Below are positions 22,709 through 33,450 of a stretch of 64,000 nt of DNA, one piece after another. The position numbers and the translations under genes are program-made. Source of the DNA: Pelagomonas calceolata. Lineage: Eukaryota. The number at the start of each line of letters is the position of its first letter. The first letter of the stretch is position 1. The stretch lies in the NCBI GenBank assembly GCA_918797485.1, contig CAKKNE010000004.1, forward strand, positions 62,001 through 126,000, read 5' to 3'. The notes under the pieces are model-generated. The model saw only the letters and a program-made list of their open reading frames with translations. It did not search any database and was not told where the DNA came from.

Positions 22709-23689
22709 ATGTACGGCACCGATTACAGCAGATGGGACAACATAAAAGATAGCGACGACGACGCGACGGCGCCCGCGCCCGCGCCGATGCCGCCGCCACA
22801 AAAACCGCAGAGCGACCAACCTTTGGACCCGACGAACGTCGCGGCGATGCGCGAGCTGCTGCACGAAATTGATGACGGGCGGCGGCCGCACCTCCTCGCG
22901 GCGATCGAGTGGGTCGAGGCCGCGCGCGCGACGCTTGACCGCGGCGAGGCAGTGGACGACGGCCAGTGCCCCTTCGACCGCGGGTCCGAGCCGTGGTTCT
23001 GGTTTTTGTTGTTGGCGAACAAGCCCCACATCACGCTGCACGGGCCGCACAAGCCGCTTTTGGCAAGACACCGGAGCCCGCGGGAGCAGTGCCAGGTCGA
23101 GGGCCTCATGTGCGCGCACTGCTTCGCGGCGGGGGGCCTCTGGCAGCGGACGCCGCTCCGGCGGTGTTCGGCGTGTTGCTTGGCGTGGTACTGCGGGAAG
23201 GAGTGCCAGCGCGCGGACCGGGCGCGGCACGCGGCCGAGTGCCGCAAGGGCCGCAAGGAATTAAGAGATGCGGTGCGCGCGGCCGAGGCGCGGCGGTTGG
23301 ATGGATTGCTCCCCGCGAACGGCGATCGCCCCGCCTTACGAGCAAGGCACCGCTTGGACGGCTACGGCAAGTCGGCCATGGTCCTGTACGAGGCCGCGGC
23401 CGTCGACGACATTTATGGCGTCGTGACGCGGCCCTGCCACGACGCGAATCAAAGGGACCGGCTGAAGAGCGGGGAGGCCATCTTCAACGTCGGCGACTAC
23501 GCGGACGTGGTAAGGGACCTGGTTGAGGCGGGCCTCGTGACGCCGCTCGACTACAACGGGCCGCTCGAGGAGGGGCGGGCCTTCGGCCGCATCGAGGTCG
23601 TGCTGCCGGAACCGGGCGAGGAGGAGCCCGAGGTTGTTGAAGAGCCGGCGCTTGAAGAGGTGTCGAACAAAGGCACGAGTAACGAGTAA
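22709..23689 (+). CDS. MYND zinc-finger protein with Cdc37-like N-terminal motif
   Basis: DYSRWDNIKDSDDD; CAHC...RCSACCLAWYCGKECQRADRARHAAEC. Confidence 0.85.
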   Translation: MYGTDYSRWDNIKDSDDDATAPAPAPMPPPQKPQSDQPLDPTNVAAMRELLHEIDDGRRPHLLAAIEWVEAARATLDRGEAVDDGQCPFDRGSEPWFWFLLLANKPHITLHGPHKPLLARHRSPREQCQVEGLMCAHCFAAGGLWQRTPLRRCSACCLAWYCGKECQRADRARHAAECRKGRKELRDAVRAAEARRLDGLLPANGDRPALRARHRLDGYGKSAMVLYEAAAVDDIYGVVTRPCHDANQRDRLKSGEAIFNVGDYADVVRDLVEAGLVTPLDYNGPLEEGRAFGRIEVVLPEPGEEEPEVVEEPALEEVSNKGTSNE

Positions 23690-23714
23690 CGTTGTAGTTT
23701 ATAATTACAGGGAC

Positions 23715-24119
23715 CTAGGCCTCGACGGGCTCGGCCTTCGGCGCGCCACCTTTCGACTCGAGGATCAGACCAATCACCTTCTTGCTGAGGCGCGACTTGT
23801 TGCGCGCGGCCCAGTTTTTGTGGTAGATGCCGCGGCGCGTCGCGCGGTCGATGGTCGAGGTCGCCACGCGGGCGCACTCCTTCGCGGCGTCGACGTCGCC
23901 GGCGTCGACGGCCTCCTTGGTCTTGCGCGTCCACGTCCGGACGCGCGACCGCCACGCCGCGTTCGCGACGCGGTTGCGCTCGCTCTGCTTGATGCGCTTG
24001 AGGGCGCCGGGGTTGTTCGCCATCTGCGGCACGACCGCCACTCGTCGCTGGGGTTGCACGGTCGGCGCAAACGCCGCAGAGACGCCCACTGCAATCGCCG
24101 CTAAAAGTCTGCGGACCAT
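23715..24119 (-). CDS. rps20: Plastid 30S ribosomal protein S20, nucleus-encoded with bipartite targeting peptide
   Basis: MANNPGALKRIKQSERNRVAN...IDRATRRGIYHKNWAARNKSRL preceded by a signal peptide and SAAFAP. Confidence 0.93.
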   Translation of the reverse strand: MVRRLLAAIAVGVSAAFAPTVQPQRRVAVVPQMANNPGALKRIKQSERNRVANAAWRSRVRTWTRKTKEAVDAGDVDAAKECARVATSTIDRATRRGIYHKNWAARNKSRLSKKVIGLILESKGGAPKAEPVEA

Positions 24120-24549
24120 GGCTGCGGCGCGAGTTATTTCTCGGCGGCGGGCGTAGGAGTCTAGGAGCTGTTTTCACACGGCTCGGAGGGGTTTGGCGAT
24201 TCTCGCACAGCCCAGGCGGAGGCGTAATTGGGCAATGTCAACCAGCTCTGCCCCGCTCGGTCGCTAGCCCGAACCGCGCCCGAGACCCGTCGCCTCGCTT
24301 TCGACTAGTGCTCAGAGAGCTCCTACGCCTCGCAAACGCAAGAAACTGGCCGTCTCTCGCGCGACTGTCATCTCTCAACTTGGTCTGGGCGTCGCGCTGG
24401 CACACAAACGCGCCATAGACTACCCATTGGTGGCTTCATCGGACTCATTAATAGCGCATAGTTCGACCACAGAGCCCACGTAACGTGAGCGTGCCGCGAA
24501 TCACTGCAACAAGACCACCTTGCTGCACCACAGCCCTGCTGGCGGCAAA

Positions 24550-26958
24550 ATGCGACGCACACTCGTGCTCTGCGCGTGTGCACAGGCGCTCGTACCGACG
24601 ACAAGACTGTCGCAGCGCCGCCGAACAAAGTTGCGAGCATTCGAGGCAATTGATGCAGCACACGGGCTCATACAGCACCTGCACCACGTTGATGCGCACG
24701 CGACGCTCGCCGACGCGGCGCGCGCGGCGCAAAGCGCACTGGCGACGCACGCCGAACTGCCAACAGCCCTCCAAGCCGCCTCCGACGTGAGCGGCCTAGA
24801 TGCGGAGCGCGCGATCGACGCGTTGGGCAGGGACATCTTCGCCTTCCTCGCCGCGAGTGTATTAGTTGTGCCGGCATCAAGACTAGTAGGGGCGCCGCCG
24901 GTGCTGGGCTTCCTGGCGATTGGGTGTATTCTGGGCCCGCACGGGCTCGGCGTTTTTGGGGACGTCGAGGCCGACGTGGCATTGGGGGACTTTGGCATTC
25001 TGTTCCTTCTGTTCAACGAGGGCCTGAACCTTTCGCCCGAGAGATTGAGGAAGCTGGGGGAGTTCTTGAGGTTAGGATTAGCGCAGTTCATCCTCACGGT
25101 CGCGGTGTTCTTCTTCTTCAGCTTCTACCTGGGCCCTGAATTGGTCCCAATTGTAGATAAAGCGGCGTCGTCGATCGGCATCCCTATAGATGATGCCCTG
25201 CTGAAGACCATCGAGGCGACGCCCGTCGCGGCGTTCTGCGTGGCCGCGGCGGGGTCGCTGTCGTCGTCGGCTCTAGCTCTACCGGTGCTGGAAGCAAGAG
25301 GCTGGAAGGACCTGCCCGAAGGCGCCGCGGCTCTCAGTATATTACTGCTGCAGGACCTGGCCGTGGCGCCGATCCTCGTCGCGCTACCCTTGGTGGCGGG
25401 CGGCGGCTCGGCCGTCGCCGACGGCGACATCGCGTTACTCGCCTTCAAGGCCACCGTGGGCTGCTGCGCCGTGTTATTTCTGGGGTCTCGGGTATTAAGG
25501 GTGGCCTTCGACGCCGTCGCCGCGGCGCGGTCCACGGAAACGTTTGTGGCCGCCACTTTATTAGTAGCGATCGGCATGGGCCGGCTCGCCGAGGCTATTG
25601 GATTATCAGCAACAACAGGAGCCTTCGCCGCGGGCGTTTTATTAGCAGGCAATAGGTACCGGGCGCAGATCCAGGCCGACATCCGACCTTTTGAAGGCAT
25701 CTTGTTGGGGGTCTTCTTCATGGCGGCCGGGGCGGGCTTCGATCCGGGTTTGGTGGCGCAGGAGCTGCCGACCTTAACTTTAGGTGTGGTCGCGTTCCTG
25801 GCCGTGAAGTGCGCCGTGCTCTTCGCGTCGGGCCCGGCGTTTGGATTGGACGTGCCGCGGGCGGCGCGCGTCGCGGTGCTATTGTCGCCGGGCGGCGAGT
25901 TCGCCTTCATCATCTTTAAACTCGCCGAAGATTTGGGCGTGCTCTCGTCGCGGACGTCCGACTTATTGACGACGTCGGTGATCCTGTCCATGGCTTTGTC
26001 TCCCTTATTCGCGGAGTTCGCGCAGTACGCGGGCGACGAATTGGACCGCCAGGTCGGCGAGGGCCGCATACCTTTGACTACTGATGGTGATGTCGAGGAC
26101 GAGGTCTCGGCGATCTTCAAACGAGTAGACACGGACGGCGACGGCACGATTGATCTGGACGAACTTAGAGTTTATGTATCTCGACGCGGATTCCCGGCGG
26201 CCCAAGCGGACCGGGCCTTCGACGCGCTGGACGACAACGGCGACGGCGTGCTGAGTCTCGAGGAGTGGCGTGCCGGTCTTGAAAAAGAGGAGTTAAGGCA
26301 ATTACTGAGACCGGAGACGGACGACGCGCTGCAAGATGCGGTCGTCGTGTGCGGCTACGGGCCCGTCGGGCGGGCCGCGTGCGCCGCGATTAGCGGCCAC
26401 GCGCCGGTCGTCGCTGTTGATTTAGATCCGGCGCGCGTCGCGGACGGCGTCGTCGACGACGCCGCGAACGTGGTCTACGGCGACGGCGCGTCGGCGACGG
26501 TCCTCAAGGCAGCCGGGGTGACGGAGCCGCGAGCCATCGTCGTGGCCTACGCCGGCGCCGACCGGCGCGCGGAGGCCGTCGCGCGGCTGCGGGAGTCGTT
26601 CCCGGACGCGCCCATCATTGCCAGGGCGGGCGGCGGGCCGCTGGCTTCGGAAGGCAGAGAGCTCGAGAAGAGCGGCGCGGCCGTCGTGCACGAGGCGACG
26701 CAGATGGGTTTGGGGCTGGCGGAGCAGGTTATTGGAGAAAGCTTGGATCGGGCCGCGGCGGAGAGCGCCGTGTACAAGGCCGACGCGCGGCGGCCGCGCG
26801 CCGTGTCGGGCCCGAGCCGGCCCTTCCGGCTGAAGCTCGGCCTGCCGGCGCCGCCGGAGGCCTCCGGCGGCGGTTGGCGGCCGCTCGGGCGGTCGCTGCG
26901 CCGGCGCTGGGCGCGCTGGCGCTCCTCGGCGGAGTCGGATGATAGTGATAGTGTGTAA
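24550..26958 (+). CDS. CPA2 K+/H+ antiporter (KEA3/KefC-like) with EF-hand pair and KTN domain
   Basis: Multi-TM region with LLLQDLAV and GGEFAF; DTDGDGTIDLDE and DDNGDGVLSLEE; VVVCGYGPVG; plastid-type leader. Confidence 0.92.
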   Translation: MRRTLVLCACAQALVPTTRLSQRRRTKLRAFEAIDAAHGLIQHLHHVDAHATLADAARAAQSALATHAELPTALQAASDVSGLDAERAIDALGRDIFAFLAASVLVVPASRLVGAPPVLGFLAIGCILGPHGLGVFGDVEADVALGDFGILFLLFNEGLNLSPERLRKLGEFLRLGLAQFILTVAVFFFFSFYLGPELVPIVDKAASSIGIPIDDALLKTIEATPVAAFCVAAAGSLSSSALALPVLEARGWKDLPEGAAALSILLLQDLAVAPILVALPLVAGGGSAVADGDIALLAFKATVGCCAVLFLGSRVLRVAFDAVAAARSTETFVAATLLVAIGMGRLAEAIGLSATTGAFAAGVLLAGNRYRAQIQADIRPFEGILLGVFFMAAGAGFDPGLVAQELPTLTLGVVAFLAVKCAVLFASGPAFGLDVPRAARVAVLLSPGGEFAFIIFKLAEDLGVLSSRTSDLLTTSVILSMALSPLFAEFAQYAGDELDRQVGEGRIPLTTDGDVEDEVSAIFKRVDTDGDGTIDLDELRVYVSRRGFPAAQADRAFDALDDNGDGVLSLEEWRAGLEKEELRQLLRPETDDALQDAVVVCGYGPVGRAACAAISGHAPVVAVDLDPARVADGVVDDAANVVYGDGASATVLKAAGVTEPRAIVVAYAGADRRAEAVARLRESFPDAPIIARAGGGPLASEGRELEKSGAAVVHEATQMGLGLAEQVIGESLDRAAAESAVYKADARRPRAVSGPSRPFRLKLGLPAPPEASGGGWRPLGRSLRRRWARWRSSAESDDSDSV

Positions 26959-27382
26959 ACTTATTGTGGCTTATTCTTACCGCGTCGATGGCGTGCAGCC
27001 CAGCCTGGCTGGCGTCCCCTCTCGCCACGAGAGCTCGTGCCCAGCCGGCCGGCGGCCGCGTCTGAGGCGGATTTTCGTAAAGCCGATTCTTGCGGGTCCG
27101 GGGCGTAGTTGAGCGCTCTTGATTTATCTTTTAGCAGCGAAAACGTCGCGAGATGCCGAAAATAGGGAGGTAACCCTAGTTAAGCGTCCTCGAGTTGGGC
27201 GCAGCGCTGAGCCGCAAAAAGGCGGGGTGCGCCGCAAAGGACGCGAAGGACGCTGCCCTTGGGCCATAGAAAACTTGTAGGTCCCCGTTCTTGTCCAAAC
27301 GCGCGTCCCACGGGCTGCCGATAGGCTCCCGCTTAGGACCATCTCTGGGCAGCCTCGTCGCCGCGCCCGACGCCTCGCAACC

Positions 27383-28825
27383 ATGCCCGGCCTCCGCCCC
27401 ATCGACGAGATCGAGAGGCGGCGCGCGGCCCAGGAGGTGACCGATGACCTCAAGCGGCACAACACGGACATGTGGCTCTCCACGGAGCGCGCGAAGTGGG
27501 AGCAAAAAACGCACGACAAGATTGTGGAGCGGGGGCGCCGCGCGCGCATCCGCAAATACGACAAGGAGGCCGAGGACGAGTTGAGGAGGCGGCGCGAGCG
27601 CCTCGCCAAGTTGTATTCCGAGGAGATGGCGCAGTGGCGCCACGAGGTGGCGACCTCTGGCAAGAGCGCCGCGGACCGCAAGGCTGAAGTCGAGGCGAAG
27701 GCCCTGGAGCTAGGACGGCAGCGCGAAGTCGCTCGTAAGAAGCACAACGACTGGGCCTACGCGCAGCAGCGCCGCAATTCGTTAGATGATGTGCGGAAGC
27801 GCGACTCGAAGGCCTTCGTCGAGGCTTGCCTGTCGACGCGCCACTTGCAGCACGAGGAGAAAGCAAGGCGCCTCCAGAAAGAAAAAGAGGAAGAAGAGGC
27901 CTGGCTCAAGAAGTGGCGCGAGGGCCTGGCCGAGGCCGATCGCATCGAAGCCGAGAAGGTGGCCAAACATAAAGCCCACGAGCACGACGTGAAATATGTG
28001 CTGGACGAACAGGTCGAGCTCAAGAAGAAGCGCTACCGAGCACGGGAGGAGCGCATGAAGAAGGAGGCCGAGGAGGAGCTCGCGGAGTGGAAGATCGCCG
28101 TCGACGCCGAGGCGAAGAAGCAGATCGACCTGAGGGATGCGGCGCGGGCACGATCGGCGGACGTCATGGGCTTCAATTCCGTATTTGACCAGAAGAAGGA
28201 GGTGTTCAAGAAGGAACAGTTGAGGAGGGACAAATTAACCTTGCAGTACGAGCTCGATTTACAGAAAGCGCAGGACGACAAAGACGCGGCGAAGATTCAG
28301 GCCGAGAAGGAGTTGAACGCGCGGTTCAAGAAGTACCTGGACGGGTTCGAGAAGCTCAAGGGCGCGGATGAAGCGAAGATCGAAGCGGTGCGCCGGAAGC
28401 TCGAGAACCGCATCTGGGATGAGCGCGATCGGGCCTTCCAGGCCGAGATCGACGCGCGCGAGTATCTGCGGAAGCAGGTCGACCTCGGGCGGCAGCAGCA
28501 GATCCGGGACAAGATCGCCGCCGAGAAGTTCTCGACGAGTCACTATGGGGCCGAGATCGCGGCCATCGAGGCGGCGCAGAAGAAGGCGAACGACGAGGAC
28601 GACCGGCGGCAGGCCTACCAGAAGCAGGCGGCTATTGATCACCAGTCGAAACTAAGGCTACAGATCGAACGGAATAAAGTCAGGCGGGCCGAAGAAAAAC
28701 AAGCCGAGTTCCTCGAGAAGAAGTACATCGAGAAGGTCGAGGCGGAACATGCCTATATTGTGGCGAACGAGGGCGGGCGGTGCAACATCCACCACCCGAT
28801 CAAGTCGATGAAGTGGTTCACGTAG
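27383..28825 (+). CDS. Trichohyalin-plectin-homology coiled-coil ciliary protein (CFAP53-like)
   Basis: 480 aa of E/K/R/Q-rich helix; LRRRRERLAKLYSEEM; paralogue assignment tentative. Confidence 0.7.
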   Translation: MPGLRPIDEIERRRAAQEVTDDLKRHNTDMWLSTERAKWEQKTHDKIVERGRRARIRKYDKEAEDELRRRRERLAKLYSEEMAQWRHEVATSGKSAADRKAEVEAKALELGRQREVARKKHNDWAYAQQRRNSLDDVRKRDSKAFVEACLSTRHLQHEEKARRLQKEKEEEEAWLKKWREGLAEADRIEAEKVAKHKAHEHDVKYVLDEQVELKKKRYRAREERMKKEAEEELAEWKIAVDAEAKKQIDLRDAARARSADVMGFNSVFDQKKEVFKKEQLRRDKLTLQYELDLQKAQDDKDAAKIQAEKELNARFKKYLDGFEKLKGADEAKIEAVRRKLENRIWDERDRAFQAEIDAREYLRKQVDLGRQQQIRDKIAAEKFSTSHYGAEIAAIEAAQKKANDEDDRRQAYQKQAAIDHQSKLRLQIERNKVRRAEEKQAEFLEKKYIEKVEAEHAYIVANEGGRCNIHHPIKSMKWFT

Positions 28826-28944
28826 CTTGCTTTCGGGCGTAAGAGAAGCGTACACATTACTCTTTACGGTGGCATCCCGCGGGGTCAGTTGTAGCACAAG
28901 CGGTCACATTACTCTTCTCGCGTCGCCGGCGCGGGGACGAGGGC

Positions 28945-30246
28945 TCAGTTGTAGCCCCGGCCCGCGCGGTTCTTGTACTCGTAGGTGACGCGGTCGTACG
29001 CGCGTCCGGTCCGCGCGTCCACTAGCGGTTTTGTTTTGAGCCACGCCTCCGCGCCGCGCCGCAGCCTCAGGGTGTCGGCCTCGCCCCGCGCGCTCGCCGC
29101 GGCGAGCACGAGCGGCGCGAGGACCGGGTGCCAGAGCTGCGCGGGCTGTGCGTCCCCGAGCCCGAGGAACGTCCGCGCGAGGTCCACGGGCAGGGCGACG
29201 GATCGCGTCGTCGTCGCAAGGAGCGTGCCCTGGCGGTCGCAGACCTCGCGGACGGCGCGCATCTGTCGTCCGGAGAAGGGAAACAGGCCGTTGTGCGTGA
29301 ATGGGAAGTGCTCGACGCCCGCGAGCACGGGAAAGAGCAGCGCAAAGGCGAAGAGGCGGCTCGGCCACGGCGAACAGGTACCCGAAGATACTGATACAGC
29401 CAGGTCGTCAACGATCAATCCCACGAACAGGACGACGCGATTCTCGAAAAAATCGATCGCCGTCAATAAGGCGACTCCAAAATGGAACGCGATCGCGCAC
29501 GCGCGGAACGTGAGACGGACTCTGGCGTCGTCGAGGTACGCGAGCAACAGGCCAACGCCGACGAGCTCGAGGCCTATCCGCGCGCCCGCGTCGGCTATCG
29601 CGAGAAACCGTCGGGGAGCCTTCGCCGCGGAGGCCGTCAGCTTTGGAACGACGCCGTTGCGCGCCCCGCGGAGCACCTCTTTGAGTGAGTCGCCGTCGAA
29701 GGCCCCGCCGGTCCAGAGCCGCCGCAGGCCCGAACCGCCGTATGCGTGGCACAGGGCAAGCGCCCGTCCCGTCGCGCGGCAGGGTTCCGGTAATGCCGAC
29801 GCGAATAGCGTGTTGAGCAGCAGGACGTCGCGGTGCCAGCCCAGCGCCGCATGGAAGCGGAGCTCCACAATCGCGTAGGCCAGCGCGACGACGACGCGTA
29901 GGGCGCCGCCGTCGACGACGCAGACCGCCGCCGCTCCAATTAAAGCTACCGCGAACGCGAGCCGCTGCGTATTATGAGCGCAGAGCCGCAGCAATAGCGG
30001 GATCGGACACCAGCGCGGCCGTCGCAGTACCGCGGCGTCGTAGCCGAGCGGCTTGCGTATGGATCGTGCCGGTCGGCGCGTGAGGTTCAGGAAAAAGCAG
30101 CCGTACGCGTCCCTTAGCAGCATGAGAGGTAGGGCAGCGTAGAGCAGCCTGTCTGTGTCGCCTCCACCGCATCGCTGCCAGAAGTTGTCCGGCAGTCTAA
30201 GTATGAGTGCTGCCGCCATCAGGGCAGCCCATGGCGGTGCAATCAT
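28945..30246 (-). CDS. Multi-pass membrane protein, HTTM-like
   Basis: Several TM helices; AIAFHFGVALLTAIDF and VEHFPFTHNGLF; start codon uncertain. Confidence 0.6.
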   Translation of the reverse strand: MIAPPWAALMAAALILRLPDNFWQRCGGGDTDRLLYAALPLMLLRDAYGCFFLNLTRRPARSIRKPLGYDAAVLRRPRWCPIPLLLRLCAHNTQRLAFAVALIGAAAVCVVDGGALRVVVALAYAIVELRFHAALGWHRDVLLLNTLFASALPEPCRATGRALALCHAYGGSGLRRLWTGGAFDGDSLKEVLRGARNGVVPKLTASAAKAPRRFLAIADAGARIGLELVGVGLLLAYLDDARVRLTFRACAIAFHFGVALLTAIDFFENRVVLFVGLIVDDLAVSVSSGTCSPWPSRLFAFALLFPVLAGVEHFPFTHNGLFPFSGRQMRAVREVCDRQGTLLATTTRSVALPVDLARTFLGLGDAQPAQLWHPVLAPLVLAAASARGEADTLRLRRGAEAWLKTKPLVDARTGRAYDRVTYEYKNRAGRGYN

Positions 30247-30539
30247 CGTGTCATTGCGTTCTTGGGGGGCTGCCCGGGATCTGCCGTAGCTACTGTAGTA
30301 ACATACTAGAGCCCAGGCCAAACGCCGCGGGTCGCTTGTTTGCTTGTAAGGAGTGCCCGGCCGTAGCTCCTGTTACAGCTTTTAGATCCACTGTCACGCG
30401 ACAGGCATAAGTGCGGAGCCTGAGCACCGCCCAACAAGGCCAAAAGCAGCACCGCCGTCGCTGCTGCGCGCGCGACACGCCTTAAACGCCCACACATCGG
30501 TCCAAGGGGCGGGCAACACAAAAAGCAAATTAAGAACCA

Positions 30540-31880
30540 ATGGCCCAACTTCTGGACAACGTGCTAGACAGCCTCCAGCAGAAGCTCGAGACGCAGCTCG
30601 ACAGCGCGGTCGGCATCGACCTCAAAACTGATAGAGAGACAGAAAGCGACGAGGACGAGCCGGCCGACGTGAAGGCGCTGCGGGCGCGCGTCAAGAAAGC
30701 CGAGGCCGACGCAGCCGCTCTGCTCGACGAGGGCGCAGACTTATCCACAAAACTCGGCAGGAGCGAGCAGCGCAATAAAACCCTGCGCGCCGAACTCGCG
30801 GACCGCGAGCGCGTCATCGCGCGCCTCGAGAGCCGGGGCCCGCCCGTCGACGACGGCGAGGAGCGCGCGCGCCTCGAGGGCGAGGCTGCAAGTTTAGAAG
30901 CGCGCGCCGCGTCCCTGGAGCTGGAAAACGGCTCTTTAAAACGACTCGCGGCGGCCTCGGCCGAGACGCGCGATAAATTAGCCAAGACGGAGCGGCTCCT
31001 GGCCGCGGCAGTTGCCGAGCGCGACGCGAGCCGCGCCGACGCAGCTGCCGCAAGGCGCGACGCGGCCGACGCGCTCGTGGCCGCGCGCGGCGGCGCCGAG
31101 GACCCGCGCGTGGCGGCGCTCGAGGCGGAACTGGAGGAGGTGCGGGCCGCGGTGAGGCGCCGGGACGCGGACGCGGCCTTGAACCTGCGCGACGGCGTCG
31201 CACTCGCGACGGGCGACGCGGAGGCGCGCCTCGCCGCGGCGCTCCGCGAGCGCGACGCAGCGCAATCGCTCGTCGCGACGACGCGCAGCGAACTGCGCAA
31301 CATTACAAGCGAGCGCGACGCCCTCAGGAAGAGAGAAGAGAGGCGCCCGTCGGACGGCGCCGACGCGGCACGCCTCGCCGCGGACCGCGACGCGCTAGAG
31401 GCGCGTTTGCGCGAGGCCGTGGCCGCGAACGCTGCTCTCAGACGCGACCGGCGGGCGCCGGCCGCGGTTTCGTCGAAGGCGCCGGACCGGGCCCTGGAGG
31501 ACGAGGTCGCGACGCTCCGGACGCGTCTGGACGCGCTGTCGGCCGACGCGCGCGTCCACGGCGTCCAGCTCGAGCGGGCTCGCGCCGCGACGGCCGACGC
31601 GCTCGCCCAGCGCGACGCCACGAAGCAGCAGGCCGACGCCGCCGTGGCGCGCGCCATCGCGACGATGAAGGGGGCCGTCGAGAAGGCCCGGAGCGACGCG
31701 GCGCGCGAAATCGCCGAGGCCCGGGCGGACGCGGACGCGGCGCGCGAGGACCTCAAGGACGTCAAAGCGTCGTTCCACGACACCCTACAGGTCGTGCTCG
31801 CCGGCGACGGGCCGTCTGCACAAGCTCCGGCGACTTCGTCGAGGCCGACGTTCGCGCTCGAGGAGGAGGAGGAGGATTAG
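30540..31880 (+). CDS. Ala-rich coiled-coil protein of unknown function
   Basis: 446-aa ATG ORF with heptad-like A/E/R/L pattern. Confidence 0.75.
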   Translation: MAQLLDNVLDSLQQKLETQLDSAVGIDLKTDRETESDEDEPADVKALRARVKKAEADAAALLDEGADLSTKLGRSEQRNKTLRAELADRERVIARLESRGPPVDDGEERARLEGEAASLEARAASLELENGSLKRLAAASAETRDKLAKTERLLAAAVAERDASRADAAAARRDAADALVAARGGAEDPRVAALEAELEEVRAAVRRRDADAALNLRDGVALATGDAEARLAAALRERDAAQSLVATTRSELRNITSERDALRKREERRPSDGADAARLAADRDALEARLREAVAANAALRRDRRAPAAVSSKAPDRALEDEVATLRTRLDALSADARVHGVQLERARAATADALAQRDATKQQADAAVARAIATMKGAVEKARSDAAREIAEARADADAAREDLKDVKASFHDTLQVVLAGDGPSAQAPATSSRPTFALEEEEED

Positions 31881-32279
31881 GTTGTCTTTGTTGTTGCTTT
31901 CCTTAGAGCTAGACCGCCTACCACGTCCCGCCGCGGGGGCTGCGTGACCGAACGCCCGCCCCGCCCCCGCCACTTAGACACGTCGGGCACGACGTGGGGA
32001 AGGGGATCTATCTTGTGCGCGCGCGCGCGAATGGCAATAACGAGAAAAATCTCCGCATTCTCCTCATTCTTCCTCATCTCATCTTGTATCTTTGAGCGAC
32101 TCGTACGTCAGCAATTTGGGCGACTCGTACGCCGCTACTCGACGATCGATCGCGCTAGCGTCAAAATCAAACAAACGAGTCTCGCAGCCTCCCCGATTGG
32201 CCCTGAGCCAACAACAAACGCGCGCAGCGGTTGAAAAATAGAAATAAACCATTATCCCTGCTCGGACTCTGAGACGACC

Positions 32280-33278
32280 ATGGCCGAGCCCGAGCTCGAC
32301 GCGACCGCCCCGACGTTACCGGTATGCCTTCTCGACACCGACTTCGTCGAGCAAAGGTACCAAGAGGCCCTCGCGGGCGCCATCGAGGCGTGCGCGGCCG
32401 ACACGGCCGGTGAGAAGTGCTACATATGTTATGCCGAGGGCGATGAAGAAGGCCTCGTGCGCGGGTGCTCGTGCCGCGGGGATTCTGGCATCGCGCACGT
32501 TTCGTGCTTGGTGCGGGGGGCGCACGCCGCGGTCGAGCGCCACGGCGCGAAAAATTTTAACATGTGGCACAAGTGTGGCCTGTGCGAGCAAGACTACCAC
32601 GGCATCGTGGCGTGCGCGCTCGGGTGGGCGTGCTGGAGGACGTGCATGGGGCGGCCGGAGAAGGATCTATTTCGCCTCTCCGCGATTACAGTGCTTTATG
32701 ATGGTTTATGCAAAGCAGATAATTACGAGGACGCGGTGTCCGTACAAGAGGCCGAGTTGTGTATGCTGCGACGCCTCGGGTATTCTGAATCCCATGAGAT
32801 CATGCTCGCTGCGAAGACCAATCTTTCGGGTACGTATACTTGTCTGGGACTGGCTGAACAGGCCGTACAGATCGAAGAAGATATATACTCCGGGCGTTTG
32901 AAGCTCAATGGCGAGGAACATGAACACACCCTCACGGCAGCCAACAACTACGCGATCGCCCTCGTGAACCTCGAGCGCTTCGCAGAAGCCAGGTCACTGA
33001 TGTGCAAAACGATTCCTGTGGCGCGGCGCGTTTTCGGGGCGTCACATTATTATACGCTCAGGATGAAGTCAATTTATGCGGCAACACTCTACAAGGACAC
33101 CGGCGCCACGCTCGACGATCTCCGCGAAAGCGTGGAGACACTCGAAAAACACACGGTACCAACCGCGCGGCACGTGATGGGTCGCACGCACCCGGTCACA
33201 CAGAAAATTGAGGACGATCTGCGACGCTCGCGAGCCGCCCTCCGCGCCCGCGAGGCGCAGCCGCCGCCGCAAGCTTAA
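32280..33278 (+). CDS. RING-CH (C4HC3) finger plus TPR-like repeats
   Basis: CYIC...CSCRGDSGIAHVSCL...CGLC; helical repeats such as TLTAANNYAIALVNLERFAEA. Confidence 0.85.
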   Translation: MAEPELDATAPTLPVCLLDTDFVEQRYQEALAGAIEACAADTAGEKCYICYAEGDEEGLVRGCSCRGDSGIAHVSCLVRGAHAAVERHGAKNFNMWHKCGLCEQDYHGIVACALGWACWRTCMGRPEKDLFRLSAITVLYDGLCKADNYEDAVSVQEAELCMLRRLGYSESHEIMLAAKTNLSGTYTCLGLAEQAVQIEEDIYSGRLKLNGEEHEHTLTAANNYAIALVNLERFAEARSLMCKTIPVARRVFGASHYYTLRMKSIYAATLYKDTGATLDDLRESVETLEKHTVPTARHVMGRTHPVTQKIEDDLRRSRAALRAREAQPPPQA

Positions 33279-33450
33279 TATGGGTTCTGGATGCCGAAGC
33301 CAAGTGATGGACCGACTTGAACCTTACTCCAACTCGACCGAGATGAAAAAACTACAAAAACAAACAACAATATCCCACCCCGCCATCGTCGTTCGTCCTC
33401 CCTCGGTTAAGAGTATAAACACATATTTAAAAAACTTAGACAATAACACA

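Noticed and set aside
26100..26270. EF-hands inside the KEA3-like antiporter
   Set aside because: Already known for diatom KEA3; not novel.
26981..26995. Isolated Introner core motif cgcgtcgatggcgtg (similar one near 40891)
   Set aside because: No TIRs or TSD nearby; could be a relic or chance.
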